Below are positions 1 through 12,646 of a stretch of DNA of 52,751 bases, piece by piece. Position 1 is the first letter of the stretch. Each line of letters begins with the position of its first letter. Position numbers and translations under genes: made by a program. The DNA comes from Candidatus Eiseniibacteriota bacterium (GTDB taxonomy: Bacteria; Eisenbacteria; RBG-16-71-46): positions 1-52,751 of the forward strand of contig JBGPFC010000029.1 in assembly GCA_041483195.1 (NCBI GenBank), read 5' to 3'. A model generated the notes under the pieces. It worked only from the letters and a program-made list of their open reading frames with translations. It was not told the DNA's origin and made no database searches.

Positions 1-2
1 CG

Positions 3-1031
<1,029 letters not shown>

Positions 1032-1188
1032 AGTCGTCCGCGCCCTCGAGGGGGCGCGGAGCGTCGCGCTCGTCGGAGCGCGGCGCGAAACGAGAAGGCA
1101 ATCGGTTCGGCGGGCCGGGAGCACGCGCAGCATGACCGGGACAGCGGCCGCCCCGCGCCCGCTCGAACCGTTATCGAGGAGCTTTCGC

Positions 1189-1464
1189 ATGGCGACCACC
1201 TTCGATCTCTCGATCCTCACCCCCGAGCGCAGCGTGTTCGAGGGCGCGGTCGAGTACGTGCAGGTGCCGGGGAGCGAAGGCTATCTGGGCGTGCTCGCGC
1301 ACCACGCGGCGCTGGTGACCGCGCTCGCGAGCGGGACCCTCACGCTGCGCCTCGCGAACGGCCGCGAGGAGAAGATGCAGGTGAGCGGCGGGTTCTTCGA
1401 GGTGAGCAACAACCAGGCGACGGTGCTGGCGGACGCGGTGGTGGGGGGCGCGGCGGCGCAGTAG
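1189..1464 (+). CDS. atpC: F0F1 ATP synthase subunit epsilon, short form (beta-sandwich only)
   Basis: ILTPER, PGSEGYLGVLAHH and VSGGFFEV motifs; GAGGAG upstream of ATG 1189; follows atpD. Confidence 0.95.
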   Translation: MATTFDLSILTPERSVFEGAVEYVQVPGSEGYLGVLAHHAALVTALASGTLTLRLANGREEKMQVSGGFFEVSNNQATVLADAVVGGAAAQ

Positions 1465-1486
1465 TTTCGCGCGCTCCAGGGAACCC

Positions 1487-3325
<1,839 letters not shown>

Positions 3326-3334
3326 GGCGCGCGC

Positions 3335-5575
3335 TCACCGCAGCAGGACGAAGCGCCTCGTGAGCACGGCGTCTTCGGCATCGAGCCGCAACAGATAGAC
3401 GCCGGGGGGCGCGGGATGGCCACGCGCGTCGCGGCCGTCCCAGCGAACGGTGTGATCGCCCGCCTCGAACGCGCCGGTCGCGAGATCGCGCACCCGGCGG
3501 CCCTGCAGGTCCAGCACGACCAGCCGCACCCACGCCCCTCTCACGAGCGCGAAACGCGCGGCCGCGCCCGCGCGGCCGGGGTTGGGACTCACCTCCAGCG
3601 TTCGCGCGCCGGCGGATTCGCCGCCCGTCGCCACGTCCACCAGCGGCCCGACCTCGACCGCGCCCACGTCGGGTCCTGCGCCGCCGATCGCGTCGTTGAT
3701 GCCCGGCATCGGGATCGCGTGATCGATCGCGGGGCTCGAGGCGAGCGGCGCGTAGTTGCCGGCCGAGGAATCCGCGAACATCGGGTCCGCGTTCTGGCCG
3801 TTGATCTCGAATCCGGTGGCCGCGCGCAGCGCGGCGAGCGTCGTGTAGCTGGTGCCCTTCCACGCGAACAGCTTGGTGCTGCTCACCGCGTACAGCAGGT
3901 CGCCGTCGAAATCGTTGCCGGTCTGGCTCTCGCCGGCGTCGTCGCCGACGCACTGCTGGTTGCGGCCGATCAGGATGTTGTTGCGGAAGTGCTTGTTCGA
4001 GTACTCGCCGGTCGGCCACACGGCGTGCGTGGACGGCGCGGTGGTCGTCACCGTGTTGTGGCAGAGCCAGGTCTGCCCGTCACTGGTCAGCGAGAGCTTG
4101 AATCCGCCCCGCGTGTAGCCGGTCACCGTGTTGTAGAGGACGTAGGCGGGTCCCTGCCAGTTGGGCGCGATCGAAAAGCCGTAGTAGGTGTGATCGATCG
4201 TGTTCTTCCACACGCGCACGTTGATGCCCGACATCTTCTCGGGCTCGATCGCGTCGTCTGCGGTCCAGCGCACCAGGTTGTCGTGAATGTCGAGATCGGC
4301 CGCGCCGTCCTCGGCGGAGGTGGTGTCGCTCGCGGCGTCGATGCCGTCGAACGTCCCCATCGCGGTGTTGTAGCGGATGACGTTGCCGCGGCCGCCGCGC
4401 ATCGAGATCCCCTGGATCTCCTCCTCGTGCGACTTGCAGACCGCGCGATTCCACCAGCCGATACGCGGATCGCGGCACAGGTTGTGATCGACCAGGTTGT
4501 CAGCGGCGAACCAGTCGAAGAAGATGCCTCGCCCGCCGATGGTGTGCACGTGATTGCCGGAGATCAGGCACCCATGCGCGCCGTGCAGCAGGATGCCCGC
4601 CGACGTGACGATGCCCGCCGAAGACGGCACGGTGTCGGATCCGAAGTACCGGATCTCGAGCCCGGCCACGTGCCAGTAGTCGAACGCCAGGTAGATCCCG
4701 ACGTCGTAGCGCGCGACGTGCATGGTGTGCGAGGCCGGCGACGATTGATCGGCGAGCTTGACCCACAGCCGGCCGCTGTCGAGGGTCCACCCGGAGGTCA
4801 TGCCGTTGAAGTTGGTCTGCAGCTCGCCGAGATTCCGCTGGCGGTAGAGGCGCTGCAGGCTGTCGGCGCAAACGAGCCGCGTCCAGCCCGTGAAAGGCAC
4901 GCTGAACACGCCGCCGCCGTCGTTGCGCCACGCGCTCGAATGAAGCAGCGCGGGGTCGGAGCCGTCGAGGACGACGCCCGGGGCGGCGGCGATCAGGTGA
5001 ATGAGCGCCTGCGCGGCGCCGGCGCGCGGCGTGACCAGCCGCTGGTAGTAGGTGCCGGGGCGGACCCGAATCGCATCGCCGGAGTGTGCGCGATTCGCGG
5101 CCTCCTGCAGCGTGGCGAGCGGTGAGCCCGATGCTCCCGAGTTGCCGTCGTTGCCCGCGAGATCCACCCACCAGCTGGCGCCGGTGGCCGTGGAATCCGG
5201 GGCGCGCCGCGTGTGCGCGCTCGCGGTGGCGCTGCCGCCGCCATCCGGATCGACGATGACCGCGCGCATCTCGAACGTCGCGTTGGGCCAGAGCCAGAGC
5301 ACGCTTCCCGCCCAGCGCCGGTTCGAGATGCGCGTGAGGTTCACGCCGCGCTTCCACGCGCCGCCGAGCGCGCGCCAATCGAGATACGCGGTGGCGTCGG
5401 AATCCGCGTCGCCCGTGTAATGCAGCCGGGCGCCGATGCATTCGAGCGTTGGATAGAGCTCGAGCGTTCCCGGGGTCGAGGCGTTCTGCGCGGCTGCGGC
5501 GCCCGCTGCGGCGAGCGCGAACACGATTACGCCCAAGGCGAGCGCTGCGCGTGCCCCTGTCCCGTGCGTCCCCAT
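3335..5575 (-). CDS. Secreted right-handed parallel beta-helix protein with C-terminal FlgD-type Ig domain
   Basis: Signal peptide; GDAIRVRPGTY followed by Asn-rich beta-helix repeats; C-terminal SPNP...DLQGRRVRDL...WDGRDARG...PGVYLLRL; GGGAG upstream of ATG 5575. Confidence 0.8.
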   Translation of the reverse strand: MGTHGTGARAALALGVIVFALAAAGAAAAQNASTPGTLELYPTLECIGARLHYTGDADSDATAYLDWRALGGAWKRGVNLTRISNRRWAGSVLWLWPNATFEMRAVIVDPDGGGSATASAHTRRAPDSTATGASWWVDLAGNDGNSGASGSPLATLQEAANRAHSGDAIRVRPGTYYQRLVTPRAGAAQALIHLIAAAPGVVLDGSDPALLHSSAWRNDGGGVFSVPFTGWTRLVCADSLQRLYRQRNLGELQTNFNGMTSGWTLDSGRLWVKLADQSSPASHTMHVARYDVGIYLAFDYWHVAGLEIRYFGSDTVPSSAGIVTSAGILLHGAHGCLISGNHVHTIGGRGIFFDWFAADNLVDHNLCRDPRIGWWNRAVCKSHEEEIQGISMRGGRGNVIRYNTAMGTFDGIDAASDTTSAEDGAADLDIHDNLVRWTADDAIEPEKMSGINVRVWKNTIDHTYYGFSIAPNWQGPAYVLYNTVTGYTRGGFKLSLTSDGQTWLCHNTVTTTAPSTHAVWPTGEYSNKHFRNNILIGRNQQCVGDDAGESQTGNDFDGDLLYAVSSTKLFAWKGTSYTTLAALRAATGFEINGQNADPMFADSSAGNYAPLASSPAIDHAIPMPGINDAIGGAGPDVGAVEVGPLVDVATGGESAGARTLEVSPNPGRAGAAARFALVRGAWVRLVVLDLQGRRVRDLATGAFEAGDHTVRWDGRDARGHPAPPGVYLLRLDAEDAVLTRRFVLLR

Positions 5576-5694
5576 CACCAGTCTCCCCGTGCCGGGGATG
5601 CTAGGACGATTGCGCCGGCCGGGCAACGCCGGCGCGGGCCGCAGCCGGCCGGCGCGCTGTACGCCGTCTCGCGCGCGCAGTTAGACTGCGCCGC

Positions 5695-7989
5695 GTGACG
5701 AGCCCCCCCCGATCCCCGCCGCGCGCGGCGAAGTGCGCAGACGCTCCCGCTTCGCGCCCCGTCGTGAGCGGCCCGCGACTCCAGCCCCGGCCGTGGTTCG
5801 CGTTCTTCATGGTCTCCGGCGCATGCGGCCTGGTGTACGAGGTGGTGTGGGTGCGGCTCGCGATGGCGCTGTTCGGCACCACGACGCCATCGGTCTCGAC
5901 CGTGCTCTCGGTGTTCATGGCGGGGCTCGCGCTCGGCAGCTGGGGCGCGGGCCGCCTCGCGCGCCGGCTCGATGGCGCGCCGCCCACGCGATTCCTCCGT
6001 CTCTATGCTGCGGCGGAGCTGGTGGTCGCGGTCTCGGCCCTCACCGTTCCCGGCGCGCTCGCGCTGGGCCGGCAGCTGCTGCTGGGCTTGAGCCGCGACA
6101 CGGCGTGGTCGAGCGCCGCGTTCCTCGCTTCGAGCGGCGGCTGGGTCGCGCTCACGCTGCTCCCTTACTGCATCGCGATGGGCGCGACGTTTCCGCTCGC
6201 GATGGCCGCGTTACGCGCGGGGTCGGGCGAGCGCGACCCGCGATCGTTCGGGTACCTCTACGCCGCGAACGTCCTGGGCGCGACCCTCGGCGTGCTGCTC
6301 TCGGCGTTCGTGCTGATCGAGCTGCTCGGGTTCCGCCACACGCTGCTCGCGGCGGCGGCAGGAAACGCGCTGCTCGCGATCGCGGCGTGGGTGCTGGCGT
6401 CGCGCGATGCCGCGTCGCGTGAGGCCGCGCCGGCCGCGCGCGCCCGCGCGGCGGAGTCACCCCACGCCGCGGCGCCCGCTTCGCCGGATCGCGCGCTCAT
6501 CCCGTTGCTCTTCACAACGGGATTCGTGAGCATGGCGCTGGAGGTGGTGTGGGTGCGCATGCTCACCCCGTTCCTCGGCACCGTGGTGTACGCGTTCGCC
6601 AGCATTCTCGCGCTGTACCTGGCGGCGACGTTCGCCGGCTCCTGGGCGTGGCGCTTCCGCGCGCGGACACGGGACGCCGGACCGGGCGCGGCGCTCTGGC
6701 TGGTCGCCGCGGTCTGCGCGCTGCTCACGCTCGCGGCGTGCGATCCGCGGCTGCCGTTCGATCGCTCGATGCTGCACGGCGCGGCGCGCGCGGCGCTGGC
6801 GCTCGCGCCGTTCTGCGCGGTGGTGGGGTTCCTCACGCCGCGGCTGGTGGATCTCGCATCGGCCGGAGATCCGGAGCGCGCGGGGCGCGCCTACGCGGTC
6901 AACGTGCTGGGCTCGATCGTGGGCCCGCTGGCGGGCGGGTTCGTGCTGCTGCCGCTGCTCGGCGAGCGCGGCGCGGCGCTCGCGCTCGCGCTTCCGCTGT
7001 TCGCGATCGGCGCGGGGCGCGCGCTTGCCCCCGGGCCGACGGGCGCACGGCGGCGCGCATCGGGAGCGATCGCGATCGCTTCGGCCGCGGCGCTCGCGAT
7101 CGCCCTGGTCGCCGCGTCGCGCGGGTTCGAGACCACCTTCGCGCGCCGGGCGGTGCTTCGCGACTACGAGGCCACCGTCATCGCGGCGGGCGCCGGGCTC
7201 GACAAGCAGCTGCTCGTCAACGGCATCGGGATCACGAGCCTCACCCCGATCACGAAGATGATGGTGCACCTTCCGCTCGCGCTGCGCGGCGCGCCGCCGC
7301 GTGATGCGCTCGTGATCTGCTTCGGCATGGGAACCAGCTTCCGCTCCGCGATGTCGTGGGGGATCCCGGTGACCGCCGTCGACCTGGTGCCGAGCGTCCC
7401 GCGCCTGTTTGGATTCTTCCACCGCGACGGACCCGGCCTGCTGCGCGACCCGCGGGCGCACGTCGTGATCGACGACGGGCGGCGATTCCTCGAGCGCTCG
7501 CGCGCGAGGTGGGACCTGATCGTGGTCGATCCGCCGCCGCCGATCGAGGCGGCCGGCACCAGCCTGCTCTACTCGAGGGAATTCTGCGCGCTGGTGCGAG
7601 CGCATCTCCGGCCGGGCGGCGTGTTTCAGCAGTGGATTCCGCGGGGCGATCCCGAGGTGGTGGTCGCGATCGCGCGCGCGCTTCACGAGACGTTCCCGGT
7701 GGTGCGCGTCTTCCTGTCGGTCGAGGGTTGGGGGCTTCACATCCTCGCCTCCGACCGCCCGATCGGCGACGCCCCCGGCGACACGCTCGCCGCGCGGCTC
7801 CCGGAAGCGGCGCGCCGCGACCTGCTCGAGTGGTGGCCGAGGTGGAACGCGGCCGCCCCGCTCGCCCGCGTCGTGCGGCAGGAGGTCCCGTTCCCGACCG
7901 TCCAGGCGCTCGCGCCGGGGACCCCGGCGATCTCCGACGACCGGCCGGTGAACGAGTACTTCATGTTACGCCGGCTGGGCGCGCGTTAG
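5695..7989 (+). CDS. Multi-pass membrane protein fused to a spermidine synthase-like domain
   Basis: Repeated SGACGLVYEVVW / SMALEVVW TM blocks and YAANVLG; C-terminal ICFGMGTS, DDGRRFL, DLIVVDPP, LYSREF; start codon uncertain. Confidence 0.85.
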   Translation: MTSPPRSPPRAAKCADAPASRPVVSGPRLQPRPWFAFFMVSGACGLVYEVVWVRLAMALFGTTTPSVSTVLSVFMAGLALGSWGAGRLARRLDGAPPTRFLRLYAAAELVVAVSALTVPGALALGRQLLLGLSRDTAWSSAAFLASSGGWVALTLLPYCIAMGATFPLAMAALRAGSGERDPRSFGYLYAANVLGATLGVLLSAFVLIELLGFRHTLLAAAAGNALLAIAAWVLASRDAASREAAPAARARAAESPHAAAPASPDRALIPLLFTTGFVSMALEVVWVRMLTPFLGTVVYAFASILALYLAATFAGSWAWRFRARTRDAGPGAALWLVAAVCALLTLAACDPRLPFDRSMLHGAARAALALAPFCAVVGFLTPRLVDLASAGDPERAGRAYAVNVLGSIVGPLAGGFVLLPLLGERGAALALALPLFAIGAGRALAPGPTGARRRASGAIAIASAAALAIALVAASRGFETTFARRAVLRDYEATVIAAGAGLDKQLLVNGIGITSLTPITKMMVHLPLALRGAPPRDALVICFGMGTSFRSAMSWGIPVTAVDLVPSVPRLFGFFHRDGPGLLRDPRAHVVIDDGRRFLERSRARWDLIVVDPPPPIEAAGTSLLYSREFCALVRAHLRPGGVFQQWIPRGDPEVVVAIARALHETFPVVRVFLSVEGWGLHILASDRPIGDAPGDTLAARLPEAARRDLLEWWPRWNAAAPLARVVRQEVPFPTVQALAPGTPAISDDRPVNEYFMLRRLGAR

Positions 7990-8008
7990 CGCGGGGCCGC
8001 GCCCGCCT

Positions 8009-8050
8009 CAAAAAACTCCATTGACTCGGGCCCCGCGCGATCGGGACACT
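8009..8050 (+). promoter_or_regulatory. Putative sigma70-type promoter (A-tract, TTGACT-N18-GACACT)
   Basis: CAAAAAACTCCA-TTGACT, 18-nt spacer, weak -10; upstream of the CDS at 8166. Confidence 0.5.
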
Positions 8051-8165
8051 CTTCAACGGCGGGGCCGCCCGCGCCTCCCTCGTTGGGAGTAGTCGCGCCG
8101 CCCCTCCGGTCGCCCGTCCGCATCCCCCGGCAGCAGGCCCCCACCTGCATCAGGAGGTTCTCGTC

Positions 8166-9593
8166 ATGTTGAGGCCGCGTTCCACCCCGTTCGCCGCGCT
8201 GCTCGCGCTCACGCTGCTCATGGTGCCGGCGCTCGCGCCGCAGGGCGCGGGCCGCGTCGCGCCGCGGAAGTTCGGCGCGCACGCGACGCGGGTCGTCGCG
8301 CGTCGCGATGCGACGACTTCCGCCCGCACGATCGGCGCCGCGCTCGAAGGATTCCGCAAGTACAACCGCCCGCAGGCCGTGATCAACGCGATGCCCCGGC
8401 CGCAGGTGCTGGTGGTCATCCCGGTCAAGAGCACGATCAACGGGGCGCCCAATCAGCCGCTCGGCTCGATCGATGCCGGGCTCACCGGGAATTGCATGGA
8501 GGCAACGTTCACGCTCGATCCCGCCGCCTCGGTGCTTTGCGAATGGTACGAGTTCCACTGGATCCAGGTGATCGACTCGGACGACTGCTCGGCCCAGGTC
8601 GCGGGGGTGGACCAGCCGTTCTCGCAGCTCGATCCGCCGAAGTACGGCTGGGACTACATGTACAACGACACCGACGGGAATCCGGGAATCGGCGCGGGGG
8701 ATCGCAATCCGGGCGGTGGGGCGCCCACCGCTTCGGACCCGCAGTTCGCGGACGACATCAACGACACCGATCCCTGGTATCACACGGCGTCCGAGGAAGA
8801 CACCGACTTCGACATCTGCGATACCTATCCGATCAACGACTGCCCCGCCTACTGCGATCCGCCGGGCAAGACCTCGTTCAGCACCTACCTGGTCGCGACG
8901 CCCAAGTACGGAAGCTCGAAGCAAATCTGCGTACTGGCCGGCTACACGTGGTCGCTCGACAACCGCCCCGGCCACGCCGACGCGCCGCCCGCCCCGCTCG
9001 TGATCGACGACATCGAGAAGGGCAACGTCAACCAGGCGCTCGGTCACGGCGGGATGACCGGCTGGCACGCGGACGCGGACTGCGATCTCACCTGCACGCC
9101 GATCGACCTGAGCTCACACACCTACCGTGTCGATCCATCGCCCGAGCAGGTCGTGACGCACTCGTCCTCGGGCACGGTGGGCTACGGCAGCGTCGCGATC
9201 AACGTCCTGACCAACACGATGGTGGTCGACATGACGATGGGTCAGCTGACGGGCACTGAGACCTTTGCCGCGATCTACGGCCCCGCCAATCCCGGGTCCA
9301 ACGCGCCGATGCTCTTCCCCCTGCCGCTCGGCGAACACAAGACCATGACGTGGAACTACCCGCAGTTCATGGAGCCCGCGATTCTCAGCGGGCAGACCTA
9401 CGTCGGGGTTCAATCCACGGCGTTCCCCCAGGGGGAGATCCGCGGACAGATCGTGAACGCCAACCCGGTCGTGCAGGAGCAAGCCGTGCCGGGACTTGGC
9501 GGCTGGCGGCTCGTCGCGCTGGGCGGCGCGCTGGTGCTGGGTGGCGTGTGGGTGCTGGCGCGTCGCAGGAGAGAGGTGGACGAAGCCGCCTGA
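8166..9593 (+). CDS. Secreted Cys/Asp-rich protein with CHRD domain and IPTL/PEP-CTERM-like tail
   Basis: Signal peptide; CHRD motif YVGVQSTAFPQGEIRGQI; tail AVPGLGGW + TM helix + RRRR; AGGAGG RBS. Confidence 0.8.
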   Translation: MLRPRSTPFAALLALTLLMVPALAPQGAGRVAPRKFGAHATRVVARRDATTSARTIGAALEGFRKYNRPQAVINAMPRPQVLVVIPVKSTINGAPNQPLGSIDAGLTGNCMEATFTLDPAASVLCEWYEFHWIQVIDSDDCSAQVAGVDQPFSQLDPPKYGWDYMYNDTDGNPGIGAGDRNPGGGAPTASDPQFADDINDTDPWYHTASEEDTDFDICDTYPINDCPAYCDPPGKTSFSTYLVATPKYGSSKQICVLAGYTWSLDNRPGHADAPPAPLVIDDIEKGNVNQALGHGGMTGWHADADCDLTCTPIDLSSHTYRVDPSPEQVVTHSSSGTVGYGSVAINVLTNTMVVDMTMGQLTGTETFAAIYGPANPGSNAPMLFPLPLGEHKTMTWNYPQFMEPAILSGQTYVGVQSTAFPQGEIRGQIVNANPVVQEQAVPGLGGWRLVALGGALVLGGVWVLARRRREVDEAA

Positions 9594-9628
9594 CGCCCGC
9601 CGCGCCCATCGCGACGCATGCACGGTTC

Positions 9629-9666
9629 GATCGATCGCCCGGCCCGGTGCCGGGCGATCGGTCTTT
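9629..9666 (+). terminator. Putative intrinsic terminator
   Basis: GATCGATCGCCCGGC-ccggt-GCCGGGCGATCGGTC followed by TTT. Confidence 0.6.
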
Positions 9667-9804
9667 GGCGGGTAGGGCCCGGCGCGGGGTGAATCGCTCG
9701 AAAATTTCGTGTCACGTTCGGCCCCCCGTTTGCGTCATGCTGGCGACGGCTCGCGCAAGCCGGTCCGCGCACGACATCCCTTTCACCCCCCGGAGGTCAC
9801 ACGC

Positions 9805-10485
9805 ATGCAGCTTCGTCGCGGATCGCACGCCGCCGCGCTGATCGCGGGCCTGTTCGCCATCGCGCCGCCCGTCCACTTCGGCGTGGCCGCCGCCGGCCCG
9901 GCCGCCGCGCCGGCGCGCGCGACGGCCCCGCCCGCCGCGCTCGAGCACGCGACGTTCGCGGGCGGATGCTTCTGGTGCATGGAGACCGCCTTCGAGGGAT
10001 TGCCGGGGGTCAAGTCCGTGATCTCGGGGTACACCGGCGGCTTCAAACAGCACCCGACCTACGAGGAGTCGTCGTCGGGTACGACCGGCCATGCGGAATC
10101 CGTGGACGTCACGTTCGATCCGCGCCGGATCGGTTACGCGCGGCTGCTCGACGTCTTCTGGCACAACGTGGATCCCACCGACGCGGGCGGACAGTTCTGC
10201 GACCGCGGCAACCAGTACCGGTCCGCGATCTTCGTGCACGACCCGGGGCAGCGCGCGCTCGCCGAGGCGTCGAAGCGCCGGCTCGAGACCACGCCGCAAC
10301 GATTCAAGGACCCGATCGTCACGCCGATCGTGGCGGCCACCACGTTCTGGCCGGCCGAGGAGTATCACCAGGACTTCTACAGGAAGGACCCGGTGCGCTA
10401 CCAGAGCTACCGCCTCGGCTGCGGGCGCGATCGCCGCCTGGTCGAGCTGTGGGGCCAGCCCGGCCGCCACGGAGAATCGAAGTAG
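9805..10485 (+). CDS. msrA: Exported peptide-methionine (S)-S-oxide reductase
   Basis: FAGGCFWC, GHAE, GGQFCDRG and AEEYHQDFY motifs; signal peptide; GGAGG RBS. Confidence 0.95.
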   Translation: MQLRRGSHAAALIAGLFAIAPPVHFGVAAAGPAAAPARATAPPAALEHATFAGGCFWCMETAFEGLPGVKSVISGYTGGFKQHPTYEESSSGTTGHAESVDVTFDPRRIGYARLLDVFWHNVDPTDAGGQFCDRGNQYRSAIFVHDPGQRALAEASKRRLETTPQRFKDPIVTPIVAATTFWPAEEYHQDFYRKDPVRYQSYRLGCGRDRRLVELWGQPGRHGESK

Positions 10486-10556
10486 GCGCTCCGGCGCACG
10501 CCCTCCGAGTGCGATAGAGTGCGCGGGCCGTCACACCCTTCGGAGGGCAGGGCCCG

Positions 10557-12602
10557 ATGCGAAATCGGACGCGATCGTCGCTGAGCGCCGCGCTGCTCGC
10601 GCTGGCCGCGTTCCCCGCGCGAGCTGACGATCCGCTGATTCCGCTCGCGACCCTGCTGGGTCCGCCGCAGGTCGTGGCGCCGCAGCTGAGCCCGGACGGC
10701 ACACGCATCAGCTGGATGGCGCCGCTCGATGGCGCGCCCAATCTGTGGGTCGCCCCGGTCGACAGCCCGCAGGCGGCGCGCGCCGTGACGCACGAGACCG
10801 GCCGCGGACTCCAGGCCTTCGACGTGAGCGGCAACGTCATGTACCGCTGGACCGCAGACGGCCGGCGCCTCGTGTATCCGAAGGATCGCGACGGTGACGA
10901 GAACTGGAACTGGTTCGTGCTCGATCTCGCGAGCGGCCGCAGCTTCAACGCCACCCCGCGCGAGAGCGCGCAGGTGCGGCTCCTCGCGCTGGGCGAGGCC
11001 GATCCGCGCGAGGCGCTGGTGGGCATCAACGACCGCGATCCGCGCCGCCACGACGTCTATCGATTGAACCTCGCGACCGGCGCGCTCCGGCTCGCCGAGC
11101 GGAACGAGCGCTTCGTGGTGATGCGCGCCGATCACGCGCTGCGGCTGCGCGTCGCGGCCGAGATCACGCCGCGCGGCGAGATCGACGTGCTGCGCTCGCG
11201 CGGCGACGGCCGCTGGCAGCCGCTCTACCACATCGGCCTCGAGGACGCGGCGGGCCAGGCGGTGGGCTTCGACGCTTCGAACCGGACGCTCTACACGCAC
11301 AGCACCGCGGGTCGCAATACCGGCGCGCTGGTCGCGTGGGACCTGCGCCTTGGAACCATGCGCGTGCTGGCCGAAGACCCGCGGGTGGACGTGGGCGCCG
11401 TGCTGGTGCATCCGGTGACCGGAAGGCCGCAGGCGTGGGCCGCCAACTGGACGCGAGTCGAGTGGCACGCGCTCGACCCGGCGCTGGCGCCCGATCTCGA
11501 TGCGCTGAAGCGCGGGCTCGACGGCGACTTCGACGTCGTGAGCCGCTCGCGCGACGACCGCCGCTGGCTGGTGCACGTCACGCGCGACGACGGGCCAGAG
11601 AGCTGGCACCTGTACGAGCGCCCGGCGCGCACGCTGCGGCGGCTGTTCGCGTCGCATCCCGCGCTCGAGGGGCTCGCGCTCGCGAAGCTCCACCCGGCGG
11701 TGATCCGCTCTCGCGACGGGCTCGATCTGGTCTCCTACGTCTGCCTGCCGCGCGGATCGGACCCCGACGAGGACGGCGTGCCCGATTCGCCATTGCCCAC
11801 GGTGATGATCGTGCACGGTGGTCCCGGCGACGAGCGCGCGGAGTACGGCTTCGCGCCGCTGGTGCAGTGGCTCACCAATCGCGGCTACGCGGTGCTCAAC
11901 GTGAACTTTCGCGGCTCGCCGGGATTCGGCAAGGCGTTCCTCAACGCAGAGCGGCTCGAGTGGGGCGGCAAGATGAACCTCGACCTGGTGGACCAGGCCG
12001 AGTGGGCGGTGGCGCACGGGATCGCCGCGAAAGGCCGCATCGCGATCCTGGGCGGAAGTTACGGCGGCTACGCGACGCTGTGCGCGATGACGCTCACGCC
12101 CGGCGTGTTCGCGTGCGCGATCGACGTGGTGGGACCCGCGAACCTCGAGACGTTCATCTCGACCATGCCGAAGACCTGGTCGCTCGATCACTTCGCGCGC
12201 CGGGTCGGGGATCCGCGCACCGAGGAGGGCCGCGCGCACCTCTACGCGCGCTCGCCGATTCACTTCGTGGACCGCGTGCGCGAGCCGATGCTGATCGCGC
12301 AGGGATCGCACGACTCGCGCGTGCCGCAGGCGGAGTCCGACTCGATGGTGGCGGCGCTCGAGCGGCGCGGGGTCCGCGTGACGTATCTGCTGTTTCCCGA
12401 CGAGGGCCACGGCTTTCATCGCGCGGGGAACGCCGCGGCGTTCAACGCCGTGACCGAGGCGTTCCTGGCCGCGAACCTGGGCGGACGCTGCGAGCCGCTC
12501 TCGAATCAGCTCGACGATTCGAGCGTCGAGGTGCCGGTGGGCGCGAGCCGGGTGCCGGGACTGGCCGAGGCGCTCGCGCGACGGGGACCGGCACCGCGCT
12601 GA
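10557..12602 (+). CDS. Secreted S9 family (prolyl oligopeptidase-like) peptidase
   Basis: VHGGP, GGSYGG nucleophile elbow, DSRV and DEGHGF; signal peptide. Confidence 0.93.
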   Translation: MRNRTRSSLSAALLALAAFPARADDPLIPLATLLGPPQVVAPQLSPDGTRISWMAPLDGAPNLWVAPVDSPQAARAVTHETGRGLQAFDVSGNVMYRWTADGRRLVYPKDRDGDENWNWFVLDLASGRSFNATPRESAQVRLLALGEADPREALVGINDRDPRRHDVYRLNLATGALRLAERNERFVVMRADHALRLRVAAEITPRGEIDVLRSRGDGRWQPLYHIGLEDAAGQAVGFDASNRTLYTHSTAGRNTGALVAWDLRLGTMRVLAEDPRVDVGAVLVHPVTGRPQAWAANWTRVEWHALDPALAPDLDALKRGLDGDFDVVSRSRDDRRWLVHVTRDDGPESWHLYERPARTLRRLFASHPALEGLALAKLHPAVIRSRDGLDLVSYVCLPRGSDPDEDGVPDSPLPTVMIVHGGPGDERAEYGFAPLVQWLTNRGYAVLNVNFRGSPGFGKAFLNAERLEWGGKMNLDLVDQAEWAVAHGIAAKGRIAILGGSYGGYATLCAMTLTPGVFACAIDVVGPANLETFISTMPKTWSLDHFARRVGDPRTEEGRAHLYARSPIHFVDRVREPMLIAQGSHDSRVPQAESDSMVAALERRGVRVTYLLFPDEGHGFHRAGNAAAFNAVTEAFLAANLGGRCEPLSNQLDDSSVEVPVGASRVPGLAEALARRGPAPR

Positions 12603-12646
12603 GCGATCGCGGCGCGATCGCGCGGCGTCGCGGGTGCGCGCCGGCC

